A DNA stretch of 42,928 bases, from NCBI GenBank assembly GCA_003224635.1, contig QHZK01000009.1, forward strand, positions 1 through 42,928, given 5' to 3'. Below the pieces are notes generated by a model, which was given only the letters and a program-made list of their open reading frames with translations, ran no database searches and was not told the origin of the DNA. A program made the translations under genes and the position numbers. Below are positions 16,163-26,052 of this stretch, piece by piece. Source of the stretch: Acidobacteriota bacterium (lineage in GTDB: Bacteria > Acidobacteriota > Terriglobia > UBA7540). The stretch's first letter is position 1. Every line of letters starts with the position of its first letter.

Positions 16163-18454
16163 CTATCCGCCTTGGAGGGTGACAGGAGGAATCACTCGCC
16201 CGCTGCGAGCGGAATCGGCTGACCGCAGATTGGTCCCGACTCTGGATTCAGGCGACGGCGCCTCGGCGACCGCGTCGAAAAATGGCTCTCTGAGAGCTTC
16301 CTCGATTCTGAAGGTGGCCTCAGCCACTTCGCAAATCTCCTCGAAGGGAATCGGCGCCGGTCGGCCGGACCGTATGGCCGAGGTGGTCAGCTCAAGCTCT
16401 TTCCGGTGACCCTTATCCTGCGGCGATTTCAAGGTCTGCCGTTTTGCGTTGCGGACAAGCTCGAGAACGCGGAAGTCCTCCAGCCGAGCAATCCCACCTT
16501 CGCAGAAGACTTCGAAAGACTCTTTCGGCACCGCCTTGTCCCCGTTGGCAAGGTAGAGCAGGTCCGCAATCGACCCGTCCTCGAAGACCAAAGTGGCAGC
16601 CAGGTTGTCGCGGTTGTATCGGGTCCCGTCAGGCAGCGCCGCCGCCCGCACGCCTTGGAGCGGGCGGCCGACCACAGACCGGGCCCAATCGACGAAGTGG
16701 CAGACTTCGCCCACGATCCTTCCGCCGACCGCCTGCTGTGCCCAGTGGTCGCGGGGTACGTACCCGGCGTTGACTCGGATATGCGCCAGCATCGGTTCTT
16801 GCCGTCCCGCGAAGAACTCCCTTATTCTCCCTGTCAGAGGCGCGAAGCGGCGATTAAAGCCGACCATCACAAAAGGGTTCTTACCTTCCGCGGCGCGCTT
16901 CGAGTAGGCCTCACGAATTGCGCTGAGCTCTTCCGGGGCCGAACAAAGCGGTTTCTCAACGAAGACCGGCTTGCCCTGACGAAGGGCTTCCAGCAAGTAC
17001 GGTGCGTGACTGTCGTGCCGTGTGAGGATAAAAACCGCGTCGACGTTCGGGTCAGACAGCAGGGCATGTGGTGTCAGCGCCCGGCTAAAGCCCACTGCTT
17101 TCCGAGCCGATTCGGCCCCTATGCCGGTGGCCGAGGCAATGGCTTCGAGCGTTACCCCATCCGTCTTCTGAAGGCTGGGAAAAATGACGCCACATGCAAA
17201 CGAGCCCGCTCCGATGGAGCCGATCCGCAGGGACGCAGTGGCACGAGGCTGGGGCGCGGCGACCGCCTGGGGGGCGGGAAGAGGAGAAGAGACCGAGGGG
17301 AACGGATAGCGGATTAGAACCGTGTACGCACGCCCGTCACGCAGATCTTGATAGGCTTGGGCCGCGTCCTCCACCGAGCATTCCCGTTCGAGCAACGGCG
17401 CCACATTGAGCGCCCTCGTCTGCATCAGATCGAGAACCGCCTCCATGTTTCTTCGTTCCGTCCATCGGACATAGCCAATGGGGTAGTCGATTCCCGTTTC
17501 CTCGTAAACCGGATCATAGCGACCCGGCCCATAAGAGCGCGAAAGGGTCACTGACAATTCTTTGGAGTACAGAGCGGCTCGAGGCACGTCCAATCCCACG
17601 TCGCCGACGACCACGACGCGACCGCGATCGCGGAGAAGCTGGGCGGCCATCTCGAGCGGCGCAGAAGAGCGGGTTGCCGCCGTGATTAGAGCCGCATCAG
17701 CGCCGTACCGGGAAAACTCCTTGACCCGCTCCGGTAACCGCGGATCGTCGGCGACAAAGGCCGCATGGGCCCCCAATTCAACGGCGCGGCGCACACGTTC
17801 TGGATCGAGGTCAATGGCGACGACGCGGCAACCCGCCGCTTTCGCCAATTGCACGGTGAGCGCACCCACCAATCCCGCGCCAACCACTACCACGGTTTCC
17901 CCGAAACTCACGTGACCCTGGCGCACCCCCTGCATCGCAATGGCACCGATAGTCGTGATCGCCGCATGTTCGAGGGGCACCGTGCGGGGAACGGGCACGA
18001 CAAGGTTTCGCGGAACAAAATTCACCTCGCAGTGATTCGCCCAGCCCGCACCACCGCAAGCCACCCGGTCGCCCGGGGAAAACTCCGTCGCTCCTGACCC
18101 GGTTTCAAGCACGACCCCTGAACAGCTATAGCCAAGAGGCTTCAACGCCTCCAGCTGCGAACGCACCTTCCGATAAGCAGCCCGAATGCCTTGGGCCTGA
18201 GCGTAATCAACGACTTGTCGGACCAGATCAGGACGCGCCATGGCCTTGCCGGCCAGGGAGCGCTCAGCGGTTTGAACGGTAGCCTTCTCGGTGCCCGAGC
18301 TGATCACCGAAAAATGCGTCCGGACGAGAACACCGCCGGGTTGCAGTTCCGGAGGCGGAACTTCGTGAACTGCAATCTCACCGGTGCTGACATTCGTCAG
18401 AATGGCTCGCATAACTGGAGTCTCAAACGCTCCGGGGTTCGAGCGTTTTCGCAC
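16163..18454 (-). CDS. Bi-domain oxidoreductase (N-terminal MDR/zinc-ADH-like fused to C-terminal Gfo/Idh/MocA-like)
   Basis: The N-terminal half has VVVVGAGLVGALTVQLAKAAGCRVVAIDL (MDR Rossmann). The C-terminal half has LRIGSIGAGSFACGVIFPSL and VFVEKPL (Gfo/Idh/MocA EKP motif). An alternative start MRAILTNV.. lies at 18412. Confidence 0.85.
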   Translation of the reverse strand: MRKRSNPGAFETPVMRAILTNVSTGEIAVHEVPPPELQPGGVLVRTHFSVISSGTEKATVQTAERSLAGKAMARPDLVRQVVDYAQAQGIRAAYRKVRSQLEALKPLGYSCSGVVLETGSGATEFSPGDRVACGGAGWANHCEVNFVPRNLVVPVPRTVPLEHAAITTIGAIAMQGVRQGHVSFGETVVVVGAGLVGALTVQLAKAAGCRVVAIDLDPERVRRAVELGAHAAFVADDPRLPERVKEFSRYGADAALITAATRSSAPLEMAAQLLRDRGRVVVVGDVGLDVPRAALYSKELSVTLSRSYGPGRYDPVYEETGIDYPIGYVRWTERRNMEAVLDLMQTRALNVAPLLERECSVEDAAQAYQDLRDGRAYTVLIRYPFPSVSSPLPAPQAVAAPQPRATASLRIGSIGAGSFACGVIFPSLQKTDGVTLEAIASATGIGAESARKAVGFSRALTPHALLSDPNVDAVFILTRHDSHAPYLLEALRQGKPVFVEKPLCSAPEELSAIREAYSKRAAEGKNPFVMVGFNRRFAPLTGRIREFFAGRQEPMLAHIRVNAGYVPRDHWAQQAVGGRIVGEVCHFVDWARSVVGRPLQGVRAAALPDGTRYNRDNLAATLVFEDGSIADLLYLANGDKAVPKESFEVFCEGGIARLEDFRVLELVRNAKRQTLKSPQDKGHRKELELTTSAIRSGRPAPIPFEEICEVAEATFRIEEALREPFFDAVAEAPSPESRVGTNLRSADSARSGRVIPPVTLQGG

Positions 18455-18486
18455 TTCTCTTCAAGGTGGCTTGCGGTTGGCCGGGG

Positions 18487-19710
18487 CTAGCCCGTGACCC
18501 GGCTCTGTTGACCGACAGCGACTGCAATTCCCGAATTGTCTGCGTGGAACTTTTCGCCCCTAAGCAGTGAAGCCAGTAATTGGCCTACCTGCCGCGTGCG
18601 GGAGTCCCAAGTCGAGTCTCGCACGGAATCTTGCCGAAGCCGGCGGTCCGCTGGGGAATCCCTGAGTAGCGCGTCCTCGACGGCAGTGATGAAATCATCC
18701 ACCGTGCGATAGATGCGTATTCCCGGCGTCTTGAGATATTCATAGACCGGGGAGATGACCACAGGTTTCCCCGAAGCCAGGTATTCGCGTACCTTGATGG
18801 CGCTACCATAGAAAGTGAAGGGGTGGTTTTGCTGCCAGGGCAGTACGCAAACGTCGAAATGACGCACGTACCGAGGTAATTCCGTGTACGGCTTGGGGCC
18901 GAGGAAATGAACATTGGGAGCCGATATCTGGAAATGGTTCGACCTGGTACCGACGAAGACCCACTGCCAAACCGGCCGACGCCTGGCGACCTCCGCGATC
19001 AGGGATACGTCCATAATGTAGTCCATCCATCCAAAGTAACCCAGGACCGGATGGGGAATGTGGGCAATCTCCGGAGCTGTGCTTTCGGCCTCGGCGGCGA
19101 AGTGGTCGAAGTCAACCGCCTGCTCCAGAAAGTAGCGGTGCTCGACCTCCGCCTCTTCGTAGAGTTTCCGTCCGGAGTAAAACACCACCGCGGCTTTGCG
19201 CTTCAGGCGCTGGTCCAGTTCACGAATCACCTGGCGCGAGAGCGAACTGTCCTCATTGGCGTCGTACTTATCGGATACCTGGCAGACCACAAGCTTCGCC
19301 CCCAGACGATCCACCACGTCCGCCGCAGAAGGGATTGCCGCCCAAACAATGGCCTTCTGCATGCGACAGATTGCCATCGCCAGGCGAATCTGCGCGGTCA
19401 GAAATACGCGGTTCAGGTAGCGAACGAAACGACCACGGTAGAAGGGAAGGACCAAGGGCGTGAGAACATAAACTCCTTCCGGAGCCTTGCGGAGCCAGCG
19501 GAGCTGGCTCCGCAGCTTGCGGCGAATCTTCAGGAAGAAATCTGCGTTGGATACCGACGGAAGTCCCATCGTAATCGAGTTGATAAATAAAACCCGATTT
19601 TGCTGGGCGAAGCGCTTCATGATGTGGTTCTTCGAGTGAGGGTGATGATACCACCAGTCTTCCCCTGCGAAGCATACGATCGATTCTCCGGAAATGCCCC
19701 AGTCTTGCAC
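18487..19710 (-). CDS. GT-B glycosyltransferase (group 1 / TuaH-like)
   Basis: The track ORF (to 19983) overlaps the upstream gene. I start at GTG (complement of 19708-19710), 9 nt after GGGAGGA and just past the upstream stop. The sequence reads VQDWGISGESIVCFAGEDWWYHHPHSKNHIMKRF..VLGYFGWMDY..GSAIKVREYLASGKPVVIS. Confidence 0.8.
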   Translation of the reverse strand: MQDWGISGESIVCFAGEDWWYHHPHSKNHIMKRFAQQNRVLFINSITMGLPSVSNADFFLKIRRKLRSQLRWLRKAPEGVYVLTPLVLPFYRGRFVRYLNRVFLTAQIRLAMAICRMQKAIVWAAIPSAADVVDRLGAKLVVCQVSDKYDANEDSSLSRQVIRELDQRLKRKAAVVFYSGRKLYEEAEVEHRYFLEQAVDFDHFAAEAESTAPEIAHIPHPVLGYFGWMDYIMDVSLIAEVARRRPVWQWVFVGTRSNHFQISAPNVHFLGPKPYTELPRYVRHFDVCVLPWQQNHPFTFYGSAIKVREYLASGKPVVISPVYEYLKTPGIRIYRTVDDFITAVEDALLRDSPADRRLRQDSVRDSTWDSRTRQVGQLLASLLRGEKFHADNSGIAVAVGQQSRVTG

Positions 19711-19714
19711 TAAT

Positions 19715-21697
19715 CTAGTCCTCCCATCGCACGATAGAACGGAGCACGAAAGGCAGAGTCCCACCCATCCGCACGCATATTCTCTCTGCCGGTATGAGCA
19801 CCCCGTATACTCGGGAGATGTTGGCCGGCACGGTTTCCACCGCCAGCCCTTCTTGGCCCTCGAACCGCACTTCCACGGTCTTGATCCCTTGCAGCCGGCA
19901 GTGAACCGATCCCTTCGAACACCCGATGTCGACGACCTTCCAACTCGGGTCGAGGTGATAATGGGCCTCAATCGTGCATCCACCGGAACCCGCGAAGTCG
20001 TCCTCGATCGTTAGGTACCTGTCGTCATTCCAAAGCAGGGTTCGTGAATGAGTCATGCCCATTCGCTGGTAACCGAAGTGAGGCGCGCGGAGCCGCCAGT
20101 TGCCGTTGCTCGTCTCCCATTCCAGGGGGCCCACCCGGGCGTCGTTGCCACACGAGAAAGCACCTCCTTTCCCCATCGGGATTGTATTTTGCTCCTGGTC
20201 CTTGACCACCACCGTATTGTGCGCCTTGGTGGAGCGGAATTCGTTTCGAAGGTCCACGTCCCGTGTATAGCAGCCTGTCCCTGATTCACAAAACAGCTCT
20301 TTGCCTTCAACCCGCAACACCACGCTCAACTTGTCGTTATGGGTGTGGCTTCCTTTACCGTGAATTCCATTGGGCATGGCAAAGAACAGCGCTTCAACAT
20401 CGCCCCTGCGCGCCGCCGCGATCCCGGCTTGCGGGAAGACCGTAATGCCGGCCGGTCGCGGCGTAGGGGAAGTCATTTGCGTCGTTTCACGCAGGCCGTA
20501 CCAGAGAGCATCATCGTGGCGTCCCGACCATGGCTCGGCAAATAGTGCGCGTCCGATTCCCAGCAGTCCCCCGATCACAAGAGAGTGGCGACAGCGCGCC
20601 GGCATCGACATTTGCTCGATGTCGTCCATGAGCAGCTCAACTCTTCCATCGTCGCAGTCGCCGACGTGGGGAAGCCTTCCCGTTTCGTCTGAAAGCGCAG
20701 AAATCAGTTCGTACATGCGACGCAAGCGGTCGGTGAACATCGGACCAGGAGTAACACCTTCCGCGCGCATGACGAGCATCGCGGTGGTAAAGAGCTGGGT
20801 AACCAGAACGTGGTATCCCAGAGACGCTTCGTAGTCCCCGCCGTCTTCATAGACCTGATGAAGAATCTCCTGCTCTACGCGGATGCGGTAAAGGTTCCGC
20901 CTCGTTTCCGCCTCCTTCCCGTCGAGAAAGGCTGAAAGGCAGTAGAGCCCGACAATATCACTCACGTAATGGTTGCTGCGACTGATATGAGAAAACTCCA
21001 GGTAGCCCTCGATATATAGCAGGTGTTGCCACAGAGCCAGGGTTACCCTCTCCAGCCAGCCGCGTTCCTCGGCGCGCAAAGGCCAAAGCAGGTTGAGCAG
21101 GAAGAGGATGCTCATGGCCCGGAGGGCGGCTTCCATTGCACAAGTCCAATTCACACCCTGCCCGACGGGGTTGCACTCCAGCCAGTCGGTCGTGAGTCGC
21201 TTGGCCGCTTCCCGAAAACGTTCGTCGCTCGTCAAGCAGTATGCTTTGCCCAGCACCGGCAAGAACTGGAGGCGCGAAAGTTCCCAAACGGCTTTTACGT
21301 CAGAGCCGTCATGACGTACAAGCGCGAGTTCATCGCTGGGCGAAAGCTCCCACGCTTTCCCCGTAACAAAGTCGACGTGCCACGGAGGCGGGAACCCGAG
21401 GGTAAGATTCTCATAGCTCAGCAACGGGAAACGCCCTTGACAGACTTGATTGGCTGTCTGAACAAGCGCAGCGCGTCCCTCGTCGCTGCAGGCGGAAAGG
21501 TTCGGCTGGTAATATCCGATATGGCGAGCCCGGACGGGACACCCGGCTTCGGCAGCCAGCTTAGCGAACCCTCGCCTCCGCCGGTGTTTCTCAACACGCC
21601 AGACAGCTTCTTTGGCCAACACAAGAGGCGATTCGCTGCTGACGATGCGCAGGAGAGTACCCCACGTGCGCGCTCGCCGATTAAAAATCATAGGCAC
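19715..21697 (-). CDS. Heparinase II/III-like (alginate-lyase-superfamily) protein
   Basis: 660 aa, containing ..GKGSHTHNDKLSVVLRVEGKELFCESGTGCYTRD.. (the HxHxD/LS and GT..Y segment typical of the heparinase II/III C-terminal domain). The N-terminal half is alpha-helical. Confidence 0.8.
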   Translation of the reverse strand: MPMIFNRRARTWGTLLRIVSSESPLVLAKEAVWRVEKHRRRRGFAKLAAEAGCPVRARHIGYYQPNLSACSDEGRAALVQTANQVCQGRFPLLSYENLTLGFPPPWHVDFVTGKAWELSPSDELALVRHDGSDVKAVWELSRLQFLPVLGKAYCLTSDERFREAAKRLTTDWLECNPVGQGVNWTCAMEAALRAMSILFLLNLLWPLRAEERGWLERVTLALWQHLLYIEGYLEFSHISRSNHYVSDIVGLYCLSAFLDGKEAETRRNLYRIRVEQEILHQVYEDGGDYEASLGYHVLVTQLFTTAMLVMRAEGVTPGPMFTDRLRRMYELISALSDETGRLPHVGDCDDGRVELLMDDIEQMSMPARCRHSLVIGGLLGIGRALFAEPWSGRHDDALWYGLRETTQMTSPTPRPAGITVFPQAGIAAARRGDVEALFFAMPNGIHGKGSHTHNDKLSVVLRVEGKELFCESGTGCYTRDVDLRNEFRSTKAHNTVVVKDQEQNTIPMGKGGAFSCGNDARVGPLEWETSNGNWRLRAPHFGYQRMGMTHSRTLLWNDDRYLTIEDDFAGSGGCTIEAHYHLDPSWKVVDIGCSKGSVHCRLQGIKTVEVRFEGQEGLAVETVPANISRVYGVLIPAERICVRMGGTLPFVLRSIVRWED

Positions 21698-21793
21698 GTC
21701 ACTTGTGACCGATCAATCCCCCTACCGGCCCAGAACCGACCGTTGCGATCTCCCGGCCGAGGGATGCCAGTCCGGTCGAAGGGCTTCCTCCCC

Positions 21794-23236
21794 TTACGTC
21801 GGCGAAATCACCGTCGCTTGCTTCCGCTGGGTATTGACAATCCACAGCACCAAGAACAGCATGACCGAGTAGCAAATTGTTGAGGCGACGGAAGCCCCCT
21901 TTATGCCGTAGTGAGGAATCGCCCAAAAATTGAGGCTGATCTTAAGAACGCATACTGCCAGCCACGCAAACACCAAACTCAGCGGGAAGCCAATGCTGGC
22001 CAGAAACTGGGCCACGATAGTCTCCAGCGCGAGACAAAAAACGCCTGGAAGCAAGAGAAGAAAGGGTATCACTGAGGGGAGGTAGGCTTTTCCAAAGGCT
22101 ATTCTAATTGCAGGGTGAGCGACTAAGGCGCAGACAGCAATCAGTGGAAGCAGGATCACCGTAGCACCCCACGTCACCTTGCCCGCAACCGTCCATTGCC
22201 GGCTGGGATCGCCCATGGCGGTGAGCTTCGGAAACAGAATTAGGGCTATGGAAGTGGGCAGGAGAAGAATGTAGTCCGCCATATTTGCTGCGATCGCGTA
22301 ATATCCGGTCTCCGTCGAACCCAGCATATGCTTCACCATCAAGAGGTCGACGCGTAAGACGAGGAATCCGAAAAAGCACGCCAGGTATGCGCGCACGCCC
22401 ATGCCGATCCCGCGGTTAAACAGCGCCCGCGAAGGGAGCAGCGCGCCTCCCGCGAGCCTTCGCAGACGAGTAACAGACACCATCAAGCTGCACATCAACG
22501 CGCCCAAGACCACCGCAAGGAACGACGCCGGCGCGGTTCTCCCGAAAGCGATTAGAATGCAGATCGAGCCCAGAGCCAACACCTTGTTAGCAAGCTCAAT
22601 AGTGTTGTAAGCGCGGACCTCATGGATGGCCACCATCAGAGTCTGGCTCAGCAGGTACGCCAGCCCGAACGGGACCCAGCACAGGGCCAACGCCAGCAGG
22701 ATCCCGTGAACAGGCATCAGCCCAGGCCGCAGCATGTCAAGGCAGGCCGCCGCTGCGGAAAAGACGCCTCCAACGATAAAACTCAAGAGGAGCGAGTTCG
22801 CCAGCAGCCCCGCCAAAACTCGACGGTCTTTACCGACACAGTAGGTGTTCGAGGTGTGTAAGCCGAGATTCCCGAATTGCACGCCTATGCCGCCAATCGC
22901 GAAGGCCACCGCGTACTCCCCGCGGCCCGCAGGTCCCAAGGCCCTGGCGAGCGCGACGCTGGTCACAAATGACAAAGTCCCCAAGACAATTTGCGTGATG
23001 TACGTGCCCGCGACCTTGAGGCAGAAATCAGCATTGATGCCCAGAGTTGCGAGCTTCGAAGCGAGAGAGCCCCGCGTTGAGCCGAGCCAATTCCTCGCTG
23101 GTATATCCCGTACTGTTACGCGAGATTCACTCACTAGTGTCGGTATCCACAGCTGGCGTCCAAGCCGTGCTTGCCTTCTTGACTCGGGCCTTCCGGCTGG
23201 ACCACCCGGCACGAGTGCAACGGCGAAAATACGCAA
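21794..23236 (-). CDS. wzx: Wzx-type flippase (MOP superfamily polysaccharide biosynthesis protein)
   Basis: Multi-pass membrane ORF. The N-terminal segment ..FVTSVALARALGPAGRGEYAVAFAIGG.. is typical of Wzx. The start is uncertain: TTG at 23236, or GTG at 23134. Confidence 0.75.
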   Translation of the reverse strand: MRIFAVALVPGGPAGRPESRRQARLGRQLWIPTLVSESRVTVRDIPARNWLGSTRGSLASKLATLGINADFCLKVAGTYITQIVLGTLSFVTSVALARALGPAGRGEYAVAFAIGGIGVQFGNLGLHTSNTYCVGKDRRVLAGLLANSLLLSFIVGGVFSAAAACLDMLRPGLMPVHGILLALALCWVPFGLAYLLSQTLMVAIHEVRAYNTIELANKVLALGSICILIAFGRTAPASFLAVVLGALMCSLMVSVTRLRRLAGGALLPSRALFNRGIGMGVRAYLACFFGFLVLRVDLLMVKHMLGSTETGYYAIAANMADYILLLPTSIALILFPKLTAMGDPSRQWTVAGKVTWGATVILLPLIAVCALVAHPAIRIAFGKAYLPSVIPFLLLLPGVFCLALETIVAQFLASIGFPLSLVFAWLAVCVLKISLNFWAIPHYGIKGASVASTICYSVMLFLVLWIVNTQRKQATVISPT

Positions 23237-23524
23237 CGGAGTTCAGGTCCGGTCTCCCTGCAATCGGTCTGCTGTCTGGTCTCGAGGCTCGTAACGAAAC
23301 GGAAGGGCAGGGCGTTAGCCGCTGAAGCCAGTTCTGCGTTTATGCTAGACGTCCGTGCCACGGCGTTCAGGCGCTGAAGTCCCACCCAGAACAGCACGGC
23401 TGACGACGGGGCCAAATCCCCGTCTTTCCGCCAATCTGTCACTCAATTGTACGAGGTTCAATAAGACGCTCTAAGACGCTCCGGTTAGTAACCAAAGTTG
23501 CGCGCGATCCAAGCCGGACACTTT

Positions 23525-23800
23525 TCACTGGCAAGGCCTCAACTGCGGGTCCCCAACCTCGAATTCAGAAACGTCCGGCCTGCTGTTACTGCCAGTGATC
23601 CCCAGTTGAACGTGGCTGGCATTCCTGGTGAAAAACATAAGTTCTACCTCCAGAGGCTGCGAATCGCCTTGCGCGAATAGCGGCAACTTGTTAAGCGCCT
23701 GGTGAGAGTCGGAATCTACCGCGACCAAGAAGATCCCGCCGCGCAGAACTCGAGCGTCCACGCGAAAAAGGTAGCAGCTATTCGGCGCGATAGAAATTGG
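23525..23800 (-). other. Probable C-terminal continuation of the glycoside hydrolase in the -1 frame (second half of a beta-sandwich/CBM-like domain)
   Basis: The frame of track ORF 23525..23761 is open further upstream. It reads ..ISIAPNSCYLFRVDARVLRGGIFLVAVDSDSHQALNKLPLFAQGDSQPLEVELMFFTRNASHVQLGITGSNSRPDVSEFEVGDPQL. This is protein-like and completes the domain begun by ..WTRGHDAVYDTRGRTLHVVTRPMTLGSLAQAP in the GH frame. Confidence 0.55.
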
Positions 23801-26052
23801 GGCGCTTGGGCCAAACTCCCAAGAGTCATCGGCCTGGTGACAACATGAAGGGTTCGGCCGCGCGTGTCATACACGGCATCATGACCCCTTGTCCAAGTCT
23901 CGAGGGGTGGCAGCGGCTGCCATGGGGGCGGCTGTTCTTTCTGAAGAAGCGTAAAGGAAGGAGGGATGACGGCGCTTGACAAGAAGTAAATGGGAGCGCC
24001 GGACACTTGCACGTCGCTTGGGTTTCGGGAGATGGGATTTCCGTAGAAATCCAGAAACTGGGCGTTCTTAAGGCCGTCCAATCGGACTCTAGCCTGCGTC
24101 AGCGGCGTCCATATCGCACCTACTATGCCCTTGTCTGACTGCGCCGCAACGAGGTAGACGTCGTCTTTGCCAAAGCTCAACAGACTGCTGATCCACTGAG
24201 CACCAGAGAAAAGCGAGGCCATGTTGGCGTAGGCAGACAGTGTGTCGAGATCAAGCTGGAGTCTCTGCTGCTGCCAGACGAAAGACGGAGCATGGAGAAA
24301 GTAGTGGGTATGCATCGCGTACGCAAGCAAATTGACGCGGACGTCGTACTCTGCCCGAGTGTGCTCATCGAGGTCGGGCGCGACAACATTCGCTTGCCCT
24401 ACGCTCCCGATGACGTAGTTCGCCTCCGTAGCCCAGATGGGTTTCGTCGCGCCGCCGTTGCTGCGCACGACGTGGTTTTCCAGAACCTGGACCTCCTCTC
24501 GGAAATTGGAGCGACCATACTTGAGTTCGGGTGGGTATGACTCCCGGTACGGATGCAAGGAAACAGCATCGATATCTCGTAGCAATCCCTTGTCAAAGAG
24601 GCGCTGATCGTACGCCAGCCAAAGCGGCGTGCCGGTGGAACAGCAGACCGTTACGGCGTTGCGAGCCGCGCGATGAGTGGCCTCCAGCGCATTCCGTAAC
24701 CATCCCACGTCAGCGTCGGTAACCTCAGTTTCAGCGCCCCTCTTGATGGCATAGCTCAACGCCCCGGCATACTTGACGTCGACTTCGTTGTGCACGTCCC
24801 AATACTCGATCTTGTCGCTGTAGCGGCGCACCGCCGCGTCCACGAACTTGCAGAACGCCGCGGACAAGGCGGTACAGTTGGAAGGCGAGCAAAGCGGCAC
24901 CACAAAGCTCGCCGCCGGAAGCCCAGTCCCTGGTGTGCCCGCCCAAGCTGGCGCCAGGTCCCCGAGGACTCCAAGAATCCGCATATGCTGTCGGCTGTAA
25001 ATGTCCATCAACTCATCCGTCCGGGAGAAATCATACCTTCCTCGTTGACGCTCCACGATATCCCAACGCAGAAAAACTCTTCCCCATTTTGCGCCCCAGA
25101 GGCTTGCAAACTCGTCCCCGAGGACGGGATAACCGGCGCCCGAGATATGCACGCCAAAGACGGGATCCGAGAAACGAGAGAGGTCGACTTCCGGGACGAT
25201 GGCAATTCGAAAGCTGGTCGAAAAGACGGTACTCCCCCCTATGTCTTCCCGCACCTCGACCATCGCCGGCCCGCGCACACTCGGCGCCTGCCAGGTGAAT
25301 TTCCCAGAAGCCAATGCGGAGCCAGAGGGCGACAGCGGGACTGTGACGCGGCTAGATATCGCCGATGCCCCGGACTCGGGAGTCACGGTGATGAAAAGGT
25401 TGGCCGCGTTAGCGCTGCCGCCATAGTTGGCACTGGCAGCTACTGCCTCGCCCGGTCGAAAGATGTGGAAAAACAACTCCCGCGAGTCCGGTGTCAGATT
25501 AACATAGCCTGTTCCAGGTGGCAGCAGATAACTCCTGGAAGGCGGCCGAGCCTCGGGATGGAACTCAGAGTTCACCAGGTACACCCTATCGTCCGCGAAT
25601 TCATCGTCCGTCCGGATCGTCAGAGCATGTCCCTGTCCCAGGGGAACGGCGAACTTCACCGGGGGTGTGCCATCGTCCAAGCCGGAACTAAATACCTCGG
25701 AGTCATCCACGAGGATTCGCACCCGAACTCGGTTTGGGCCATGCTTTGAGTGGGTGACAGAAGGATCTGCCGCGGAGTAAGCGATAATCCCGGTAAAGGT
25801 TTGCTGGCCGGAGGGAATCGCGTAGGATACTGAGGTCTCCGTTGGGACCACCACCGCGTCGCCGGTCAGAACGGAGCTCACCCGGAAGCCCCTAATCACG
25901 GGGCCGGGCTGCTGCTGACCAGGGTTTCTCATGACGAATCCTGAAGGCCGCAGTGTTCCCAAAGCTGTGACCTGAAACCCGTGAGCGTGCGCCGCGAGCC
26001 AAATCCCCGAGGTGACTGCCAAGGTGCAAACGCGAAGTAGAGAGCGTGTCAT
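23716..26052 (-). CDS. Secreted glycoside hydrolase, clan GH-A-like TIM barrel with N-terminal NPCBM-like beta-sandwich
   Basis: Start placed at the internal ATG (complement of 26050-26052), after a perfect AGGAGG. This gives the signal peptide MTRSLLRVCTLAVTSGIWLAAHA. Candidate acid/base IEYWDVHNEVD and nucleophile IWATEANY are present. The N-terminal ..FTGIIAYSAAD..VRVRILVDDSEVFSSG..ALTIRTDDEF pattern resembles NPCBM. Confidence 0.8.
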   Translation of the reverse strand: MTRSLLRVCTLAVTSGIWLAAHAHGFQVTALGTLRPSGFVMRNPGQQQPGPVIRGFRVSSVLTGDAVVVPTETSVSYAIPSGQQTFTGIIAYSAADPSVTHSKHGPNRVRVRILVDDSEVFSSGLDDGTPPVKFAVPLGQGHALTIRTDDEFADDRVYLVNSEFHPEARPPSRSYLLPPGTGYVNLTPDSRELFFHIFRPGEAVAASANYGGSANAANLFITVTPESGASAISSRVTVPLSPSGSALASGKFTWQAPSVRGPAMVEVREDIGGSTVFSTSFRIAIVPEVDLSRFSDPVFGVHISGAGYPVLGDEFASLWGAKWGRVFLRWDIVERQRGRYDFSRTDELMDIYSRQHMRILGVLGDLAPAWAGTPGTGLPAASFVVPLCSPSNCTALSAAFCKFVDAAVRRYSDKIEYWDVHNEVDVKYAGALSYAIKRGAETEVTDADVGWLRNALEATHRAARNAVTVCCSTGTPLWLAYDQRLFDKGLLRDIDAVSLHPYRESYPPELKYGRSNFREEVQVLENHVVRSNGGATKPIWATEANYVIGSVGQANVVAPDLDEHTRAEYDVRVNLLAYAMHTHYFLHAPSFVWQQQRLQLDLDTLSAYANMASLFSGAQWISSLLSFGKDDVYLVAAQSDKGIVGAIWTPLTQARVRLDGLKNAQFLDFYGNPISRNPSDVQVSGAPIYFLSSAVIPPSFTLLQKEQPPPWQPLPPLETWTRGHDAVYDTRGRTLHVVTRPMTLGSLAQAPQFLSRRIAATFFAWTLEFCAAGSSWSR

